Positions 39,480-49,323 of a stretch of 64,000 nt of DNA are shown piece after piece. Source of the stretch: an uncultured Spirochaetales bacterium (GTDB lineage Bacteria > Spirochaetota > Spirochaetia > JAFGDJ01); the NCBI GenBank assembly GCA_964410865.1, contig CAYPIQ010000006.1, positions 36,865-100,864 on the forward strand, written 5' to 3'. Made by a program: the position numbers and the translations under genes. The notes beneath the pieces are model-generated. The model did not search any database. It was not told where the DNA came from and was given only the letters and a program-made list of their open reading frames with translations. Numbering within the stretch: position 1 is the first letter of the stretch; each line of letters starts with the position of its first letter.

Positions 39480-40330
39480 TGATCAGGCCTGACAAGAAAC
39501 GCATTATCACGTTTATTCGAGACTGTATCGAAGCCTACGATTACGGCGGTGTCGTTATCGGGATCAGCGGTGGTATAGATTCCACGGTAACCGGGGCTCT
39601 CCTGAAGGAAGCCCTGGGTCCGGAAAGAGTTTTCGGCCTCCTGATGCCGGAACGGGATTCGTCGAAGGACACCCTCCGGGACTCGAGGCTGGTATGCGAC
39701 TGGCTGGGGATTACATACAAGGTCCAACCGGTTACTCCCCTGGTCCGGCGGCTGGGGGTGTACCGGATGAAACCGCCGGCATGGCTGTTCCCCAGGAAGA
39801 TCCAGGAGCGCTATGTAGAGAAGCAGTGGTTCAATGTGGAGAACCCCTACATAAGCGACCTGAAAACCTCGGGGGGAGAGAAAAACAGGAAAAACCTAGC
39901 CTACTACCGCACAAAGCACCGGTTCAGGATGCTCCTTTTGTATTATGAAGCGGAAAAACGGGGGTATGCCGTGTCGGGCGCAACCAACAGGACGGAGAAA
40001 AAAACGGGGTTTTATATCAAGTGGGGCGACGACTCGAGCGATATCGAGCCCATTCTTCATTTATACAAAACCCAGGTATATGCCCTGGCGGAGGAGCTCG
40101 GGGTGCCCCACGCCATTGCCGAGAAAAAACCGAGCCCCGACATAGCTCCCGGTATTACGGATGAGTTTGCCCTCGGCATGGACTACGAAACCCTGGACAG
40201 GATACTGGAAAAGCTGGACACCGGCACCTCCCTGTCGGATGAACAACCCGAAAGGGTCGAACGGGTCAGGGACATTCTGGAAGCGGCGAAGTACCGGGAT
40301 GTCAGGAACCTCAACATGGGGGGCGAATAA
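39479..40330 (+). CDS. nadE: NH3-dependent NAD+ synthetase
   Basis: The PP-loop 'GISGGIDS' and C-terminal NadE blocks are present; the start overlaps the upstream stop (TAATG). Confidence 0.85.
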   Translation: MIRPDKKRIITFIRDCIEAYDYGGVVIGISGGIDSTVTGALLKEALGPERVFGLLMPERDSSKDTLRDSRLVCDWLGITYKVQPVTPLVRRLGVYRMKPPAWLFPRKIQERYVEKQWFNVENPYISDLKTSGGEKNRKNLAYYRTKHRFRMLLLYYEAEKRGYAVSGATNRTEKKTGFYIKWGDDSSDIEPILHLYKTQVYALAEELGVPHAIAEKKPSPDIAPGITDEFALGMDYETLDRILEKLDTGTSLSDEQPERVERVRDILEAAKYRDVRNLNMGGE

Positions 40331-40337
40331 AAACATA

Positions 40338-41672
40338 ATGAAGAAACTGCTGTTTTTCCTTTTGCTCCCGGCAGTCACACTCTCGGTTTCAGCCCTGGAA
40401 GGGACGGAAGGTAAGAAAGCCCTGGTTCTTTCCGGCGGGGGAGGGAAAGGTGCGTATGAGATCGGGGTGTGGAAGGCTCTGTCTGATCTGGATGTCGATA
40501 TAGGCGGTGTGTACGGGGCTTCCGTGGGTTCCATAAACGGAGCTGCCGTCATCATGGATGATTTCGAACGTGTGCGGGATCTCTGGCTCGATACCTCCTA
40601 TCTGTCCATTATGAATATTTCTCAGCCCTTTAGAATGCTGCTGCAGGGGAATTTCGAAGAACTGTCGCTGAATGATTACTTTACTATACTGAAGGATCTC
40701 CGAAAGAGTGGGGGCATCGATGTCTCTCCCCTTGAGAGCCTGTTAACGTCGATCATATCCGAGGATACCATCCGCTCTTCCAATGTCGATTACGGGCTGG
40801 TAGTGTTTTCTGTTTCGAGCCTGGAACCGATGAGCCTCTATATCGAACAGATTCCCCGGGGAAAACTGGTGGATTATATTCTTGCCAGTGCCAATTTTCC
40901 ACTCTTCAAGCGGCATGAGCTGGGAGGGGAGAAGTATATCGACGGTGGTGTATACAGTAACATCCCGATACATATGGCGGTGGACAGGGGATTTAAGGAT
41001 ATTATCGTTGTCGAGGTCGGGATTCCGACTCCCGTGGATATCCTGAACTCTCTCACCCGGGATAGCGGCGGTGCGGTCCGGTTTACCCGTATCAAGCCCC
41101 GGGAGCAGTACGGTACGGTCCTGACCTTCGAGAGGGAGGTTTCCCGGAAGTACCTACTCGAAGGATACCTGGATACCATGAAGGTATACGGAAGGCTTCA
41201 GGGAAACAATTACTACATCTACGGATCGGAGGATGTGCTGCGGCGGATGTTCGCCTGCTTGAACATGGATGAACGGTCCGAAGCGCTCTCGATTCTCGAT
41301 GTCAAAGATACGGAAGACCGGGACCCCGGGGATGTCTTTTCGGAGGTTGTTGTTCCCGTCTTCGAAGGCGCGCTCCTGGACATATTTCCCGGCGGATCGG
41401 AGGACGTCAGCCTTGTTCTGCTGGAACGCCTGGCCGGGGGAACGGGGGTGGAACCCCTGGCGCTATATACCCGGGAGGAACTCCTCGAGGCCGTTCTTGA
41501 ACATGCTGAAGAAGGAAACTACGAGTCCGCCATTGCAGAAGAGCTGATTTCGCTGCGGTTCTCCCGCATTCTCGATTTTCTCAGATTCCTGGACGCCCAC
41601 TGTGAAACCGCCCCCCCGGTTCCCGAAGGATACGCGGATTTCAGGGAAGGATACTCCGGGCTCCTGGAATAA
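40338..41672 (+). CDS. Patatin-like phospholipase, secreted
   Basis: A signal peptide 'MKKLLFFLLLPAVTLSVSA' is followed by the oxyanion 'LSGGGGKGAYEIG', the nucleophile elbow 'GASVGS' and the catalytic-Asp region 'IDGGVYSNIP'. Confidence 0.8.
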   Translation: MKKLLFFLLLPAVTLSVSALEGTEGKKALVLSGGGGKGAYEIGVWKALSDLDVDIGGVYGASVGSINGAAVIMDDFERVRDLWLDTSYLSIMNISQPFRMLLQGNFEELSLNDYFTILKDLRKSGGIDVSPLESLLTSIISEDTIRSSNVDYGLVVFSVSSLEPMSLYIEQIPRGKLVDYILASANFPLFKRHELGGEKYIDGGVYSNIPIHMAVDRGFKDIIVVEVGIPTPVDILNSLTRDSGGAVRFTRIKPREQYGTVLTFEREVSRKYLLEGYLDTMKVYGRLQGNNYYIYGSEDVLRRMFACLNMDERSEALSILDVKDTEDRDPGDVFSEVVVPVFEGALLDIFPGGSEDVSLVLLERLAGGTGVEPLALYTREELLEAVLEHAEEGNYESAIAEELISLRFSRILDFLRFLDAHCETAPPVPEGYADFREGYSGLLE

Positions 41673-41741
41673 ATATCCCGCAGCCCCTTTTCCCTTTTTA
41701 CCGGGCATCGGTCCAGGTGTTCTATTTTTGTAACGATACCC

Positions 41742-42590
41742 CTATTCGTTCTCTTTATTTCCCATTACCGCCACGAGCAACAGCCCAGGGCCGGTATGGA
41801 CACCGATGACCGGGGTCATCTTTGATACATATATTGTCTGCCCGGGAAGCATGGCCTGAAGGCGATCGGTAAGCTGTGCCGCCTCCTCCGGACAGGCAGT
41901 ATGTTCCACCGCGATATAATCGATGGAAGAGTATCCGCCGACAAAATCGCACAGCTTGTCTACCGCTTTGGCCCGGGACCTGGTTCTTCCGGCCGGGGCG
42001 ACGATCCCGTCCTTCAATGTTATGAGGGGGTTTATCTTCAAGACCGACCCCATAAAAGCCTGGGCTGCTCCGATACGCCCACCCCTGTGGAGATATTCCA
42101 GGGTATCGAAGGTGGAGAGAAAATCCACCCGTTTTTTGGCCGCCTCCGCGATACGGATGCATTCGTCCAGAGGTGCGCCTTCCCGCGCAGCCTCAGCCGC
42201 CTTCATGACTATAAACCCTTCCGTCATGGTGGCTGTTTCCGAATCCAACACTTCTATCCGGCATTCTTTTTTTACCAGGTCTCTCCCGTTAAGGGCTACA
42301 TCGCAGGTCCCGCTCAACCTGGATGATAGAAGAATAACCAGAATTTCGTCGGTTTCATCGGAAAGGCGGTTGTACGCTTCGGCAAAGGCTCCGGGAGGGG
42401 GTGTGGATGTGACGGGAAAATCTTTGCAGTCCTGAAGTTTTTGGTAGAATTCCTCGTTTGATATATCGATACCGTCCTTGAATTCCTCTTCTCCGAAACG
42501 CAGGATAAGAGGAATGACGGTAATCCCGAGGTCCTCCGCAATAGTGGGCGGGAGGTCCGCGACTGAATCGGTGACAATTTTTACCGCCAT
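41742..42590 (-). CDS. degV: DegV-family fatty-acid-binding protein
   Basis: The N-terminal 'KIVTDSVADLP' and the DegV fold are present; it is paired with YloV as in many Firmicutes and spirochaetes. Confidence 0.85.
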   Translation of the reverse strand: MAVKIVTDSVADLPPTIAEDLGITVIPLILRFGEEEFKDGIDISNEEFYQKLQDCKDFPVTSTPPPGAFAEAYNRLSDETDEILVILLSSRLSGTCDVALNGRDLVKKECRIEVLDSETATMTEGFIVMKAAEAAREGAPLDECIRIAEAAKKRVDFLSTFDTLEYLHRGGRIGAAQAFMGSVLKINPLITLKDGIVAPAGRTRSRAKAVDKLCDFVGGYSSIDYIAVEHTACPEEAAQLTDRLQAMLPGQTIYVSKMTPVIGVHTGPGLLLVAVMGNKENE

Positions 42591-42603
42591 GGTTGTAACC
42601 TCC

Positions 42604-44274
42604 TTATTCCAGTGAAATTATGTAGAGAGAACTTTGCTGTCCACCGGAAACAGCCTCTACCCTCGCATGAGGATACAGTTTTTTTAAAAGAGCCTCGGCA
42701 GCGGTGTTTATACGTTTCCTGGTGTGCGAACCGTAGTAAATGGTGATTACATCGAATTGTCCCGATCTCAAGGAAGCAAGGGCTCTCCCGATGGTGTGAA
42801 CGGCACCGCTCTCCGCCGCAACCAGGGTACCGTCGAGAAAAGCCATGGTCTGACGATTTCTTATGCGTATGCCGTTGATGTGGGCGTACCGGGCGGCCCG
42901 GATGATCTCCAGGGTACGCACGGATGCTATCGAATTCCGCATAACCCTGATATTTTCTTCATATCCTGCTGATGTATCAAAGGAAATGAGGGCACAGACG
43001 CCCTGGGGTACCGATGCTGAAGGAATAACTGTTATATTCTTTTCGGTCAGGCTTTTCAGGTTTTCCGCAGCGGGGATAAGATCCGAATTATTGGGCAGGA
43101 TAATTACCCTGTTGGAAGGGACCGCATCTACAGCGTTGAGAAAATCGCCGGTGCTGGGATTCATTTTCGGGCTTACCAGAATAACCTGTGAAGCGCCCAG
43201 GGATTCAAAAACGTCACCGATGGGGGTTGCCGGAACAGCCGCAATTATGTCCACCGATTCGTCGGGGTATTCCCTTCTCCTGCGCGCCAGGAATTCTTTC
43301 TGCTGTTCGTCCATGTTCCGGACCGATACCTGATGCAGTGTTCCCCGACGGGCGGCAAAGGAGAGTACCCGGCCGGGATCGGCGGTATGGATATGTATCC
43401 TGACGGCTCCTGCATCACCGGCAACGATAATAGAAGAACCCTTCTTCCGCAATGATGCGCGCAGTTTATCCGGCCGTATGGAAACCTTTCCGGGTTTTCT
43501 CTTGAGAATAAATTCCGTACAGTAGCCGTATTTTGTATGGTTTAATATTGTTTTCTGGATAAACCGGACCGGCTGCAGTCTCCCCACAAAGGATGCTATT
43601 CTCCGACGTGTATTGGGGTCGTCCTTTTCCCGCAGGAATCTGAAGGCCCCATAGGTCAGGGTGTACAATCCCTGCCCCCCGGCATCCACTACACCTGCTT
43701 CCCGCAGTAAAGGTAGTAGATCCGGAGTACGGGAGACGGACCTTTCCGCGGTTGTAACGAGGATTTCAAATAATTCAAGTATGTCGTCCCTGCCCGATGC
43801 CGGAAACGATTCCGCGGCTGAAGCCATGTCGGAGACAACCGTGAGAATAGTACCTTCTACAGGATTACTGACTCCGCGATATGCTTCTTGCGATGCTTTT
43901 ATTGTCCCCCTGACGAAAACCCCTGCGTCCCACCGGTCGTTGCCCCGGCCGGCTTCGGCAAAACCGGTGAGGATCTGAGAGAGGATGACTCCGCTGTTAC
44001 CCCGGGCACCGTAGAGGGCGCCACGGGCAAGGGAATCGGCAATACCTCCGGCATCGTTTTTTGAATAATGTGCCAATTGTTCAAGCCCCGACTGTATGGT
44101 CAGGAGCATATTTGTGCCCGTATCTCCGTCGGGAACGGGAAAGACGTTCAGGGCGTCGATGGTGTCGGCGTTTGCTTTAAGCCACTCCGCCGCGGCGGCA
44201 AAGATCTCCCGGAGGTTATCTCCATCCACCTGGGACAGTACCGATCGGTTCTCCATACTCATCTCCTGTTCCAT
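42604..44274 (-). CDS. yloV: DAK2-domain fusion protein YloV
   Basis: The N-terminal Dak2 domain ('NVFPVPDGDTGTNM') and the C-terminal DegV-like/YloV region are present; the length is 556 aa. Confidence 0.85.
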   Translation of the reverse strand: MEQEMSMENRSVLSQVDGDNLREIFAAAAEWLKANADTIDALNVFPVPDGDTGTNMLLTIQSGLEQLAHYSKNDAGGIADSLARGALYGARGNSGVILSQILTGFAEAGRGNDRWDAGVFVRGTIKASQEAYRGVSNPVEGTILTVVSDMASAAESFPASGRDDILELFEILVTTAERSVSRTPDLLPLLREAGVVDAGGQGLYTLTYGAFRFLREKDDPNTRRRIASFVGRLQPVRFIQKTILNHTKYGYCTEFILKRKPGKVSIRPDKLRASLRKKGSSIIVAGDAGAVRIHIHTADPGRVLSFAARRGTLHQVSVRNMDEQQKEFLARRRREYPDESVDIIAAVPATPIGDVFESLGASQVILVSPKMNPSTGDFLNAVDAVPSNRVIILPNNSDLIPAAENLKSLTEKNITVIPSASVPQGVCALISFDTSAGYEENIRVMRNSIASVRTLEIIRAARYAHINGIRIRNRQTMAFLDGTLVAAESGAVHTIGRALASLRSGQFDVITIYYGSHTRKRINTAAEALLKKLYPHARVEAVSGGQQSSLYIISLE

Positions 44275-44372
44275 GGTAATGGTTTACACCGCGTTAGTCA
44301 AAGCCGAAATTTTCAGCTGCCAGTATGCGATGATAACGGGTTTTGAAATCCCGAGGCCCGGGTATTGAAATG

Positions 44373-44386
44373 TGCACTTAAGTGCA
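44373..44386. promoter_or_regulatory. Perfect 14-bp palindrome TGCACTTAAGTGCA in the -35/-10 spacer upstream of the first NifX-like gene
   Basis: It lies between TTGAAA (44364-44369) and TAAACT. A half-site 'TGCACTTAAGTT' recurs at 44839-44850 inside a TTGACA-N18-TATATT promoter upstream of the DUF134 gene. Confidence 0.5.
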
Positions 44387-44419
44387 TTAAACTCAATGAT
44401 GTATACACAATGGAAGTGA

Positions 44420-44833
44420 GTGAGGTATGTATGTATGGTTATCAGGGCGGCCTTTGCAACGGACGACGGTGAAAAATTCATAAACAGGCATTTTGGTGAT
44501 GCACGGTATTTCCGGTTGTACGAGATAGACGGACATGGGTACCGGTTTCTTCGACAGATTGAAAATTCCAGTGATGATGAGAGGGAAGGAGTACACGCGG
44601 ATCCGAAAAAGGCTCGAAGCGTGGCCGGGATACTCCTGAATGAAGGGGTGAATACCGTCGTATCACGGGTGTTCGGCCCCAATATTAAGCGAATTCGTAC
44701 AAAATTTGTCTGTATAGTTATGGACGATCTTTCTATTGAGACATCCGTAGATTTGATACAAAAGCACCGTGCCGACATCGAAGAGGAATGGAATAAGGGA
44801 GAAAGTCGAAAACATCTTAAGATTTCTTCTTGA
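44420..44833 (+). CDS. NifX/NafY-type dinitrogenase FeMo-cofactor-biosynthesis-domain protein (COG1433-like), copy 1
   Basis: The sequence 'IRAAFATDDGEKFINRHFGDARYFRLYEIDGHGYRFLRQIEN...' matches the NifB/NifX-family small-protein pattern; the length is 137 aa. Confidence 0.7.
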   Translation: MRYVCMVIRAAFATDDGEKFINRHFGDARYFRLYEIDGHGYRFLRQIENSSDDEREGVHADPKKARSVAGILLNEGVNTVVSRVFGPNIKRIRTKFVCIVMDDLSIETSVDLIQKHRADIEEEWNKGESRKHLKISS

Positions 44834-44885
44834 CATTATGCACTTAAGTTCAATATATTAGGATTGAAGGCACAGGGATGAATGT

Positions 44886-45344
44886 ATGCCGAGACCGCAG
44901 AAAGAAAGGATTGTAAGCAGACCACCTCTGTATTCGTCTTTCAAGCCCACCGGGGTGAGAAAAAACGAGCTAGGGCAAATTTCGCTTACCCTTGATGAAT
45001 ATGAAGCCATTCGTCTTGCGGATTATCTCCAGTTGGAGCACGAAGAGGCTTCTATTGAAATGGATATATCCCGCTCGACCTTTACAAGGCTTTTAGAAAG
45101 GGCGAGACAAAAGGTATCTGCGTTTATTATCGAAGGGAAGGAACTAAGTATCGAAGGCGGCCGCGTTCATTTCCGGGCAAATATCATGCGGTGTGCAGGG
45201 TGCGGGAATATATTCAGTGCCGGTTTCGAGCGTAATGTTACATCATGTCCGGCCTGCGGATCCCGGGATCTTGTAGATATGGCCGGTGGATACGGTCACG
45301 GAAGGTGTTGTCTTCAATTCAATATATCAAAGGAGAACAAATAG
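44886..45344 (+). CDS. DUF134 (UPF0251) predicted DNA-binding protein with a C-terminal CxxC...CxxC zinc ribbon
   Basis: 'MPRPQKERIV...FKPTGV...LTLDEYEAIRLADYLQLEHEEASIEMDISRSTFTRLLERARQKV' is the DUF134 hallmark, followed by 'CAGCGNIFSAGFERNVTSCPACG'. Confidence 0.8.
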   Translation: MPRPQKERIVSRPPLYSSFKPTGVRKNELGQISLTLDEYEAIRLADYLQLEHEEASIEMDISRSTFTRLLERARQKVSAFIIEGKELSIEGGRVHFRANIMRCAGCGNIFSAGFERNVTSCPACGSRDLVDMAGGYGHGRCCLQFNISKENK

Positions 45345-45346
45345 AT

Positions 45347-45607
45347 ATGCCCAGAGGAGACGGAACAGGGCCTGCGGGACAGGGACCCGGAACAGGGAAA
45401 GGATTGGGAAGAAAACCCGGAGGCGGAGGCCGGGGACGTCATAGCGGAGGTGCTTTTGGTCCCGGCGGAATGTGTATATGCGCGAAATGCGGGACTAAAA
45501 TTCCTCATCAACAGGGAACATCATGTACGGAACTAAAGTGTCCGAATTGCGGGCAAACCATGATTCGCGAAGAGTTGCTCGAAGAAAAAAGAAAGAGAAA
45601 AGAATGA
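45347..45607 (+). CDS. DUF5320-family small glycine-rich protein
   Basis: 'MPRGDGTGPAGQGPGTGKGLG...GGMCICAKCG...CPNCG' followed by a coiled-coil tail matches DUF5320; the ATG at 45347 follows RBS 'aaaggag', and the ORF-track 5' extension is rejected. Confidence 0.75.
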   Translation: MPRGDGTGPAGQGPGTGKGLGRKPGGGGRGRHSGGAFGPGGMCICAKCGTKIPHQQGTSCTELKCPNCGQTMIREELLEEKRKRKE

Positions 45608-46473
45608 AAATCGCCATTGCCAGCGGGAAGGGTGGTACAGGAAAAACCACCCTTTCGGTAAACCTGGCGGCGTATCTCGCGGAGACCCGGCCGGTTATAT
45701 TAACCGATCTCGATGTGGAGGAGCCGAACTCGGGACTTTTTCTCAAAAAGGGGAGAGCTGAATTCCGAAAAGATGTATTCAGGATGGTCCCGTCATGGAA
45801 ACAGTCATCCTGTACCCTCTGCGGATTATGCCAGGAGGTGTGTAACTTCAATTCGATAATAAAAATGGGGGACGAGGTAATGATATTCCCCGAACTCTGC
45901 CATGGATGTTACGCCTGCAGCGAGCTCTGTCCGACGGATTCACTCCCCATGGTTCCGGAAAAAATCGGTGAATTGGCGAGTTATACGGCAGGCGATATTT
46001 CTTTTATCGACAGCCGACTCGATATCGGGCAGGAACAGGCGGTACCGCTGATTGCCGAGACACTCTCCTACGTGGAAGATGAATTCCCCCGGGATGTCCT
46101 TAAAATATATGACGCTCCGCCGGGTACGTCCTGCCCTGTTATAGAAGCGGTAAAGGACGCGGATTTTATTCTGCTTGTAACCGAGCCAACCCCCTTCGGG
46201 CTTCACGATCTCCGGCTTGCCCTCGAGACGGTCAGGAGCCTGGGAAAAAGATGCGCGGTTGTGGTCAACAGGTACGGTCTCGGGAATGCCGATGTCGATG
46301 AATACTGCCGGCGGGAAGGTATCGACATCGTGGCGAAGCTGCCGAACAGGCGGCAGGTGGCGGAGCTTTATTCCCGGGGAAGGCTTGTCTACCCGGAGGT
46401 GCCGGAGATTGCCGCGGAGCTGGAAAATTTAGCTGCGTATATCGACGGGCTGGAAAAGGAGATGCGGGGATGA
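45604..46473 (+). CDS. MinD/ParA-superfamily P-loop ATPase with an inserted 2x[4Fe-4S] ferredoxin domain (COG1149-like), copy 1
   Basis: The deviant Walker A 'ASGKGGTGKTT' and the ferredoxin insert 'CTLCGLCQEVCNFNSI...CHGCYACSELCPTDS' are present; the start overlaps the upstream stop (ATGA). Confidence 0.85.
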   Translation: MKIAIASGKGGTGKTTLSVNLAAYLAETRPVILTDLDVEEPNSGLFLKKGRAEFRKDVFRMVPSWKQSSCTLCGLCQEVCNFNSIIKMGDEVMIFPELCHGCYACSELCPTDSLPMVPEKIGELASYTAGDISFIDSRLDIGQEQAVPLIAETLSYVEDEFPRDVLKIYDAPPGTSCPVIEAVKDADFILLVTEPTPFGLHDLRLALETVRSLGKRCAVVVNRYGLGNADVDEYCRREGIDIVAKLPNRRQVAELYSRGRLVYPEVPEIAAELENLAAYIDGLEKEMRG

Positions 46474-47357
46474 AAGAGATTGTCGTGATTTCCGGCAAAG
46501 GCGGAACCGGCAAAACCTCGGTGACGGCTTCTTTTTCAGTACTCGCAGGCCCCGAGGTGATAACCGCTGATTGTGATGTGGATGCGGCGGATATGCATCT
46601 GCTTTTACAGCCGGATTTCGCCGAAGCCCATGATTTCTTCAGCGGCCTGAAAGCCCGTATCGATGCTTTACAGTGTTCGGGCTGCGGGAGGTGTGCGGAG
46701 GTCTGTCGTTTCGGAGCCGTGGACCTAGTCGATGATGTGTATTCAGTCGTTTCCCTGGATTGTGAAGGCTGCGGATACTGCGCCCGGATCTGTCCGGAGA
46801 AGGCTATAGTTATGGAAGAGCAGAACGTCGGAGAGTGGTATCGGTCGTCCATTAAAACCGCCGGTATAATGATCCACGCTCGTCTCGGCATAGGCGCGGA
46901 CAATTCCGGAAAACTTGTAGCCAAGGTGAAAAACGAGGCAAAACGGGTAGCGGAAGAAACAGGTAAGAATATCGTCCTTGTAGACGGATCGCCGGGTATC
47001 GGATGCCCGGTGGTCTCCTCTCTTTCGGGGGCCGATTTTGTTGTATTTGTTACTGAACCGACGGTATCCGGTCTCCATGATGTTAAACGGGTTCATGAGG
47101 TGGTAAAGAACTTCGATATCCCTTCGGGATGCATCATAAATAAAGCCGATTTGAATCCGGAGATAACAGGGCAGTTGAAGGATTTTTTTGCCGAAGAAGG
47201 CATTGTCCATCTTGCCGACCTCCCCTATGACGAAAGCTTTACGGAAGCGATGGTCATGGGCCAAACGATTGTGGAATTCGCCGGCGGCAGACTCACCTCG
47301 GAGATCTCCGCATGCTGGCAGCGTATAAAAACTATAGTTCATACAAAAGGAGAATGA
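46470..47357 (+). CDS. MinD/ParA-superfamily P-loop ATPase with an inserted 2x[4Fe-4S] ferredoxin domain, copy 2
   Basis: 'ISGKGGTGKTS' with the insert 'CSGCGRCAEVCRFGAV...CEGCGYCARICPEKA'; the start overlaps the upstream stop (ATGA). Confidence 0.85.
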   Translation: MKEIVVISGKGGTGKTSVTASFSVLAGPEVITADCDVDAADMHLLLQPDFAEAHDFFSGLKARIDALQCSGCGRCAEVCRFGAVDLVDDVYSVVSLDCEGCGYCARICPEKAIVMEEQNVGEWYRSSIKTAGIMIHARLGIGADNSGKLVAKVKNEAKRVAEETGKNIVLVDGSPGIGCPVVSSLSGADFVVFVTEPTVSGLHDVKRVHEVVKNFDIPSGCIINKADLNPEITGQLKDFFAEEGIVHLADLPYDESFTEAMVMGQTIVEFAGGRLTSEISACWQRIKTIVHTKGE

Positions 47358-47360
47358 TAT

Positions 47361-47699
47361 ATGAGGATTGCTTTCACCAGTAAAGGCGCCGGGCCGGATT
47401 CAGCGATAGATCCGCGGTTCGGAAGAACGGAGTATATTCTACTCTACGATGAAGAGAAGGACGAGTATACTCCTGTGGATAACCGGGCGATAGGCGGGGT
47501 CGCCCACGGGGCCGGGCCTCAGACAGCCCAAAAATTGTTTGACCTCCAGCCGGATGTACTCATTACCGGCAATGGACCGGGGGGGAATGCAGCCGCCGCT
47601 CTGCAAAAGGCAAACCTGGATATATATACCGGAGCCGGGCAGATGACCGTTAAACAAGCCTATGATGCATATAAAAAAGGTGAACTGAAAAAGTTTTAG
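47361..47699 (+). CDS. NifX/NafY-type FeMo-cofactor-biosynthesis-domain protein, copy 2
   Basis: 'MRIAFTSKGAGPDSAIDPRFGRTEYILLYDEEKDEYTPVDNRA...LQPDVLITGNGPGGNA' matches the NifX-family pattern; it is 112 aa and starts 3 nt after the upstream stop. Confidence 0.75.
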   Translation: MRIAFTSKGAGPDSAIDPRFGRTEYILLYDEEKDEYTPVDNRAIGGVAHGAGPQTAQKLFDLQPDVLITGNGPGGNAAAALQKANLDIYTGAGQMTVKQAYDAYKKGELKKF

Positions 47700-47775
47700 T
47701 AGTTTCGTTAGACACGCCGGCGGCTTGACCGGCTGCCGGTATGTCGTTCCAGCGGTTGTAGAAGAGGAGGCTCCT

Positions 47776-48723
47776 GTGTATTCATATTTATTCGGTCCGG
47801 TCCCTTCCCGGCGCCTAGGCATGTCCCTCGGCGTTGATCTGGTTCCACACAAGGTATGCACCTTCAACTGTGTATACTGCGAGTGCGGCAGGACAACCCA
47901 TTTGACCAGGCAACGGGATGAATACGTTCCGGTTAATGCCGTGATGGAAGAATTGGGGCGGTTTTTTATCGATAATCCGAAACCGGATTATGTCACTTTT
48001 TCAGGAGCCGGTGAACCAACATTGAACTCCGGGATCGGTACGGTGCTCGACTTTATCAAAACCGAACACGAGGGTATGCCCGTGGCGGTGCTTACCAATG
48101 GAAGTCTGCTCTCGGATCCGGAAGTGCGGTCGGAGATCCTGGCTGCCGATGTTGTTCTGCCATCGCTGGATGCGGCTTCGGAGTCGACCTTCCGCAGGCT
48201 GGACAGACCAGTCCACAGTATCGTTCTGTCTGAGTACATTCAAGGCCTTGTTGATTTCAGGGAGGAATACGCGGGCAGAATATGGCTCGAGGTAATGATG
48301 CTGCCGGGTTATAACGACAACCCGGATGATCTCAGGTTACTGAAGGAAGCGTTTTTGAGAATACGGCCCGATCTTATACAGCTCAATACCCTTGACAGAC
48401 CCGGCACGGTGAAGGACCTCCGGCCTGCGTCACGGGAGGACCTGGAACGGATTATCGATACCTGGGCATTGGACAATGTAGAGATCATCGCCGCGGCGCC
48501 GGAACGAAAGAATATTCAGTCATACAGAAAAGATACGGAGACGGCGATCCTCGAGACCATTGCCAGGCGGCCCTGCACTCTCGAGGACCTCGGCAGTATT
48601 CTCGGCACCCATATTAACGAAGTCAATAAGTATCTCGGTGTTCTCGAGGAAGAAGGGAAAATAGAGACCCTGCGTCAGGAAAGAGGTGTGTTTTACCAGC
48701 TGAAAAAAAACCACCGGGCGTGA
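47776..48723 (+). CDS. Radical SAM protein with a C-terminal winged-helix-like tail
   Basis: The N-terminal 'YLFGPVPSRRLGMSLGVDL' is followed by 'CTFNCVYCECG' (CxxxCxxC); the GTG start at 47776 sits 6 nt after 'GAGGAGG', and the ORF-track 5' extension is rejected. Confidence 0.7.
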   Translation: MYSYLFGPVPSRRLGMSLGVDLVPHKVCTFNCVYCECGRTTHLTRQRDEYVPVNAVMEELGRFFIDNPKPDYVTFSGAGEPTLNSGIGTVLDFIKTEHEGMPVAVLTNGSLLSDPEVRSEILAADVVLPSLDAASESTFRRLDRPVHSIVLSEYIQGLVDFREEYAGRIWLEVMMLPGYNDNPDDLRLLKEAFLRIRPDLIQLNTLDRPGTVKDLRPASREDLERIIDTWALDNVEIIAAAPERKNIQSYRKDTETAILETIARRPCTLEDLGSILGTHINEVNKYLGVLEEEGKIETLRQERGVFYQLKKNHRA

Positions 48724-48761
48724 TGCACCGGCGGTTCCATCCAGGGGGGAATTTTTTCCGG

Positions 48762-49136
48762 TTAATGGTGGCCGTGGTCCCGTCCCGTTCCGTCACCCTT
48801 CCCCTCTCCGCGGACACAGGTGCTTTCTCCTGATTCCAAGGAGCCGTTGATATAGTCCTTTATTACCTGTTCTACGTCACCCTGCACGCCGGAAATACAT
48901 TCCATATTGTACTGCTGAAAGAAACCCTGGGCTCTCCGGCCCATCCCGCCGGTAATAATAACATTACAGCCGTTATTATGAAGAAACTCTGGGATAGCGC
49001 CGGGAGCGTGGCCGGGATTCGCCAGGATGTTTTTATTCGCCACGGTTGACCCTTCTATATCGAAGACCGTATATTCCGAACATCGTCCGAAATGCTCCGC
49101 TACACTGCCGTTTTCCGTTGCTATGGCAATTTTCAT
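48762..49136 (-). CDS. NifX/NafY-type FeMo-cofactor-biosynthesis-domain protein, copy 3 (convergent)
   Basis: 'MKIAIATENGSVAEHFGRCSEYTVFDIEG...GCNVIITGGMG' matches the NifX-family pattern; the start CAT at 49134-49136 has RBS GGAG, and the ORF-track N-terminal extension is a translation of repeat copy B. Confidence 0.75.
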   Translation of the reverse strand: MKIAIATENGSVAEHFGRCSEYTVFDIEGSTVANKNILANPGHAPGAIPEFLHNNGCNVIITGGMGRRAQGFFQQYNMECISGVQGDVEQVIKDYINGSLESGESTCVRGEGKGDGTGRDHGHH

Positions 49137-49149
49137 TTTCTTCTCCTGT

Positions 49150-49323
49150 ATGTACATATGATTCGCACGCGGGATCCATACCCCGCGGCTTGCCGCGCTC
49201 TTCGGAACCGAGCCGGCTGACTGCCTCGCCAATGGTTGCTGTACGGGGTATGAATCCCGCATACAATCCATACCTTGCAGAACCAACATACCCCCGCCCC
49301 TTGGCGCCGGGGTATGTTGATTA
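49150..49323 (+). repeat. Copy B of the roughly 165-nt structured repeat element
   Basis: It is near-identical to copy A with scattered substitutions and one indel. Confidence 0.85.
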
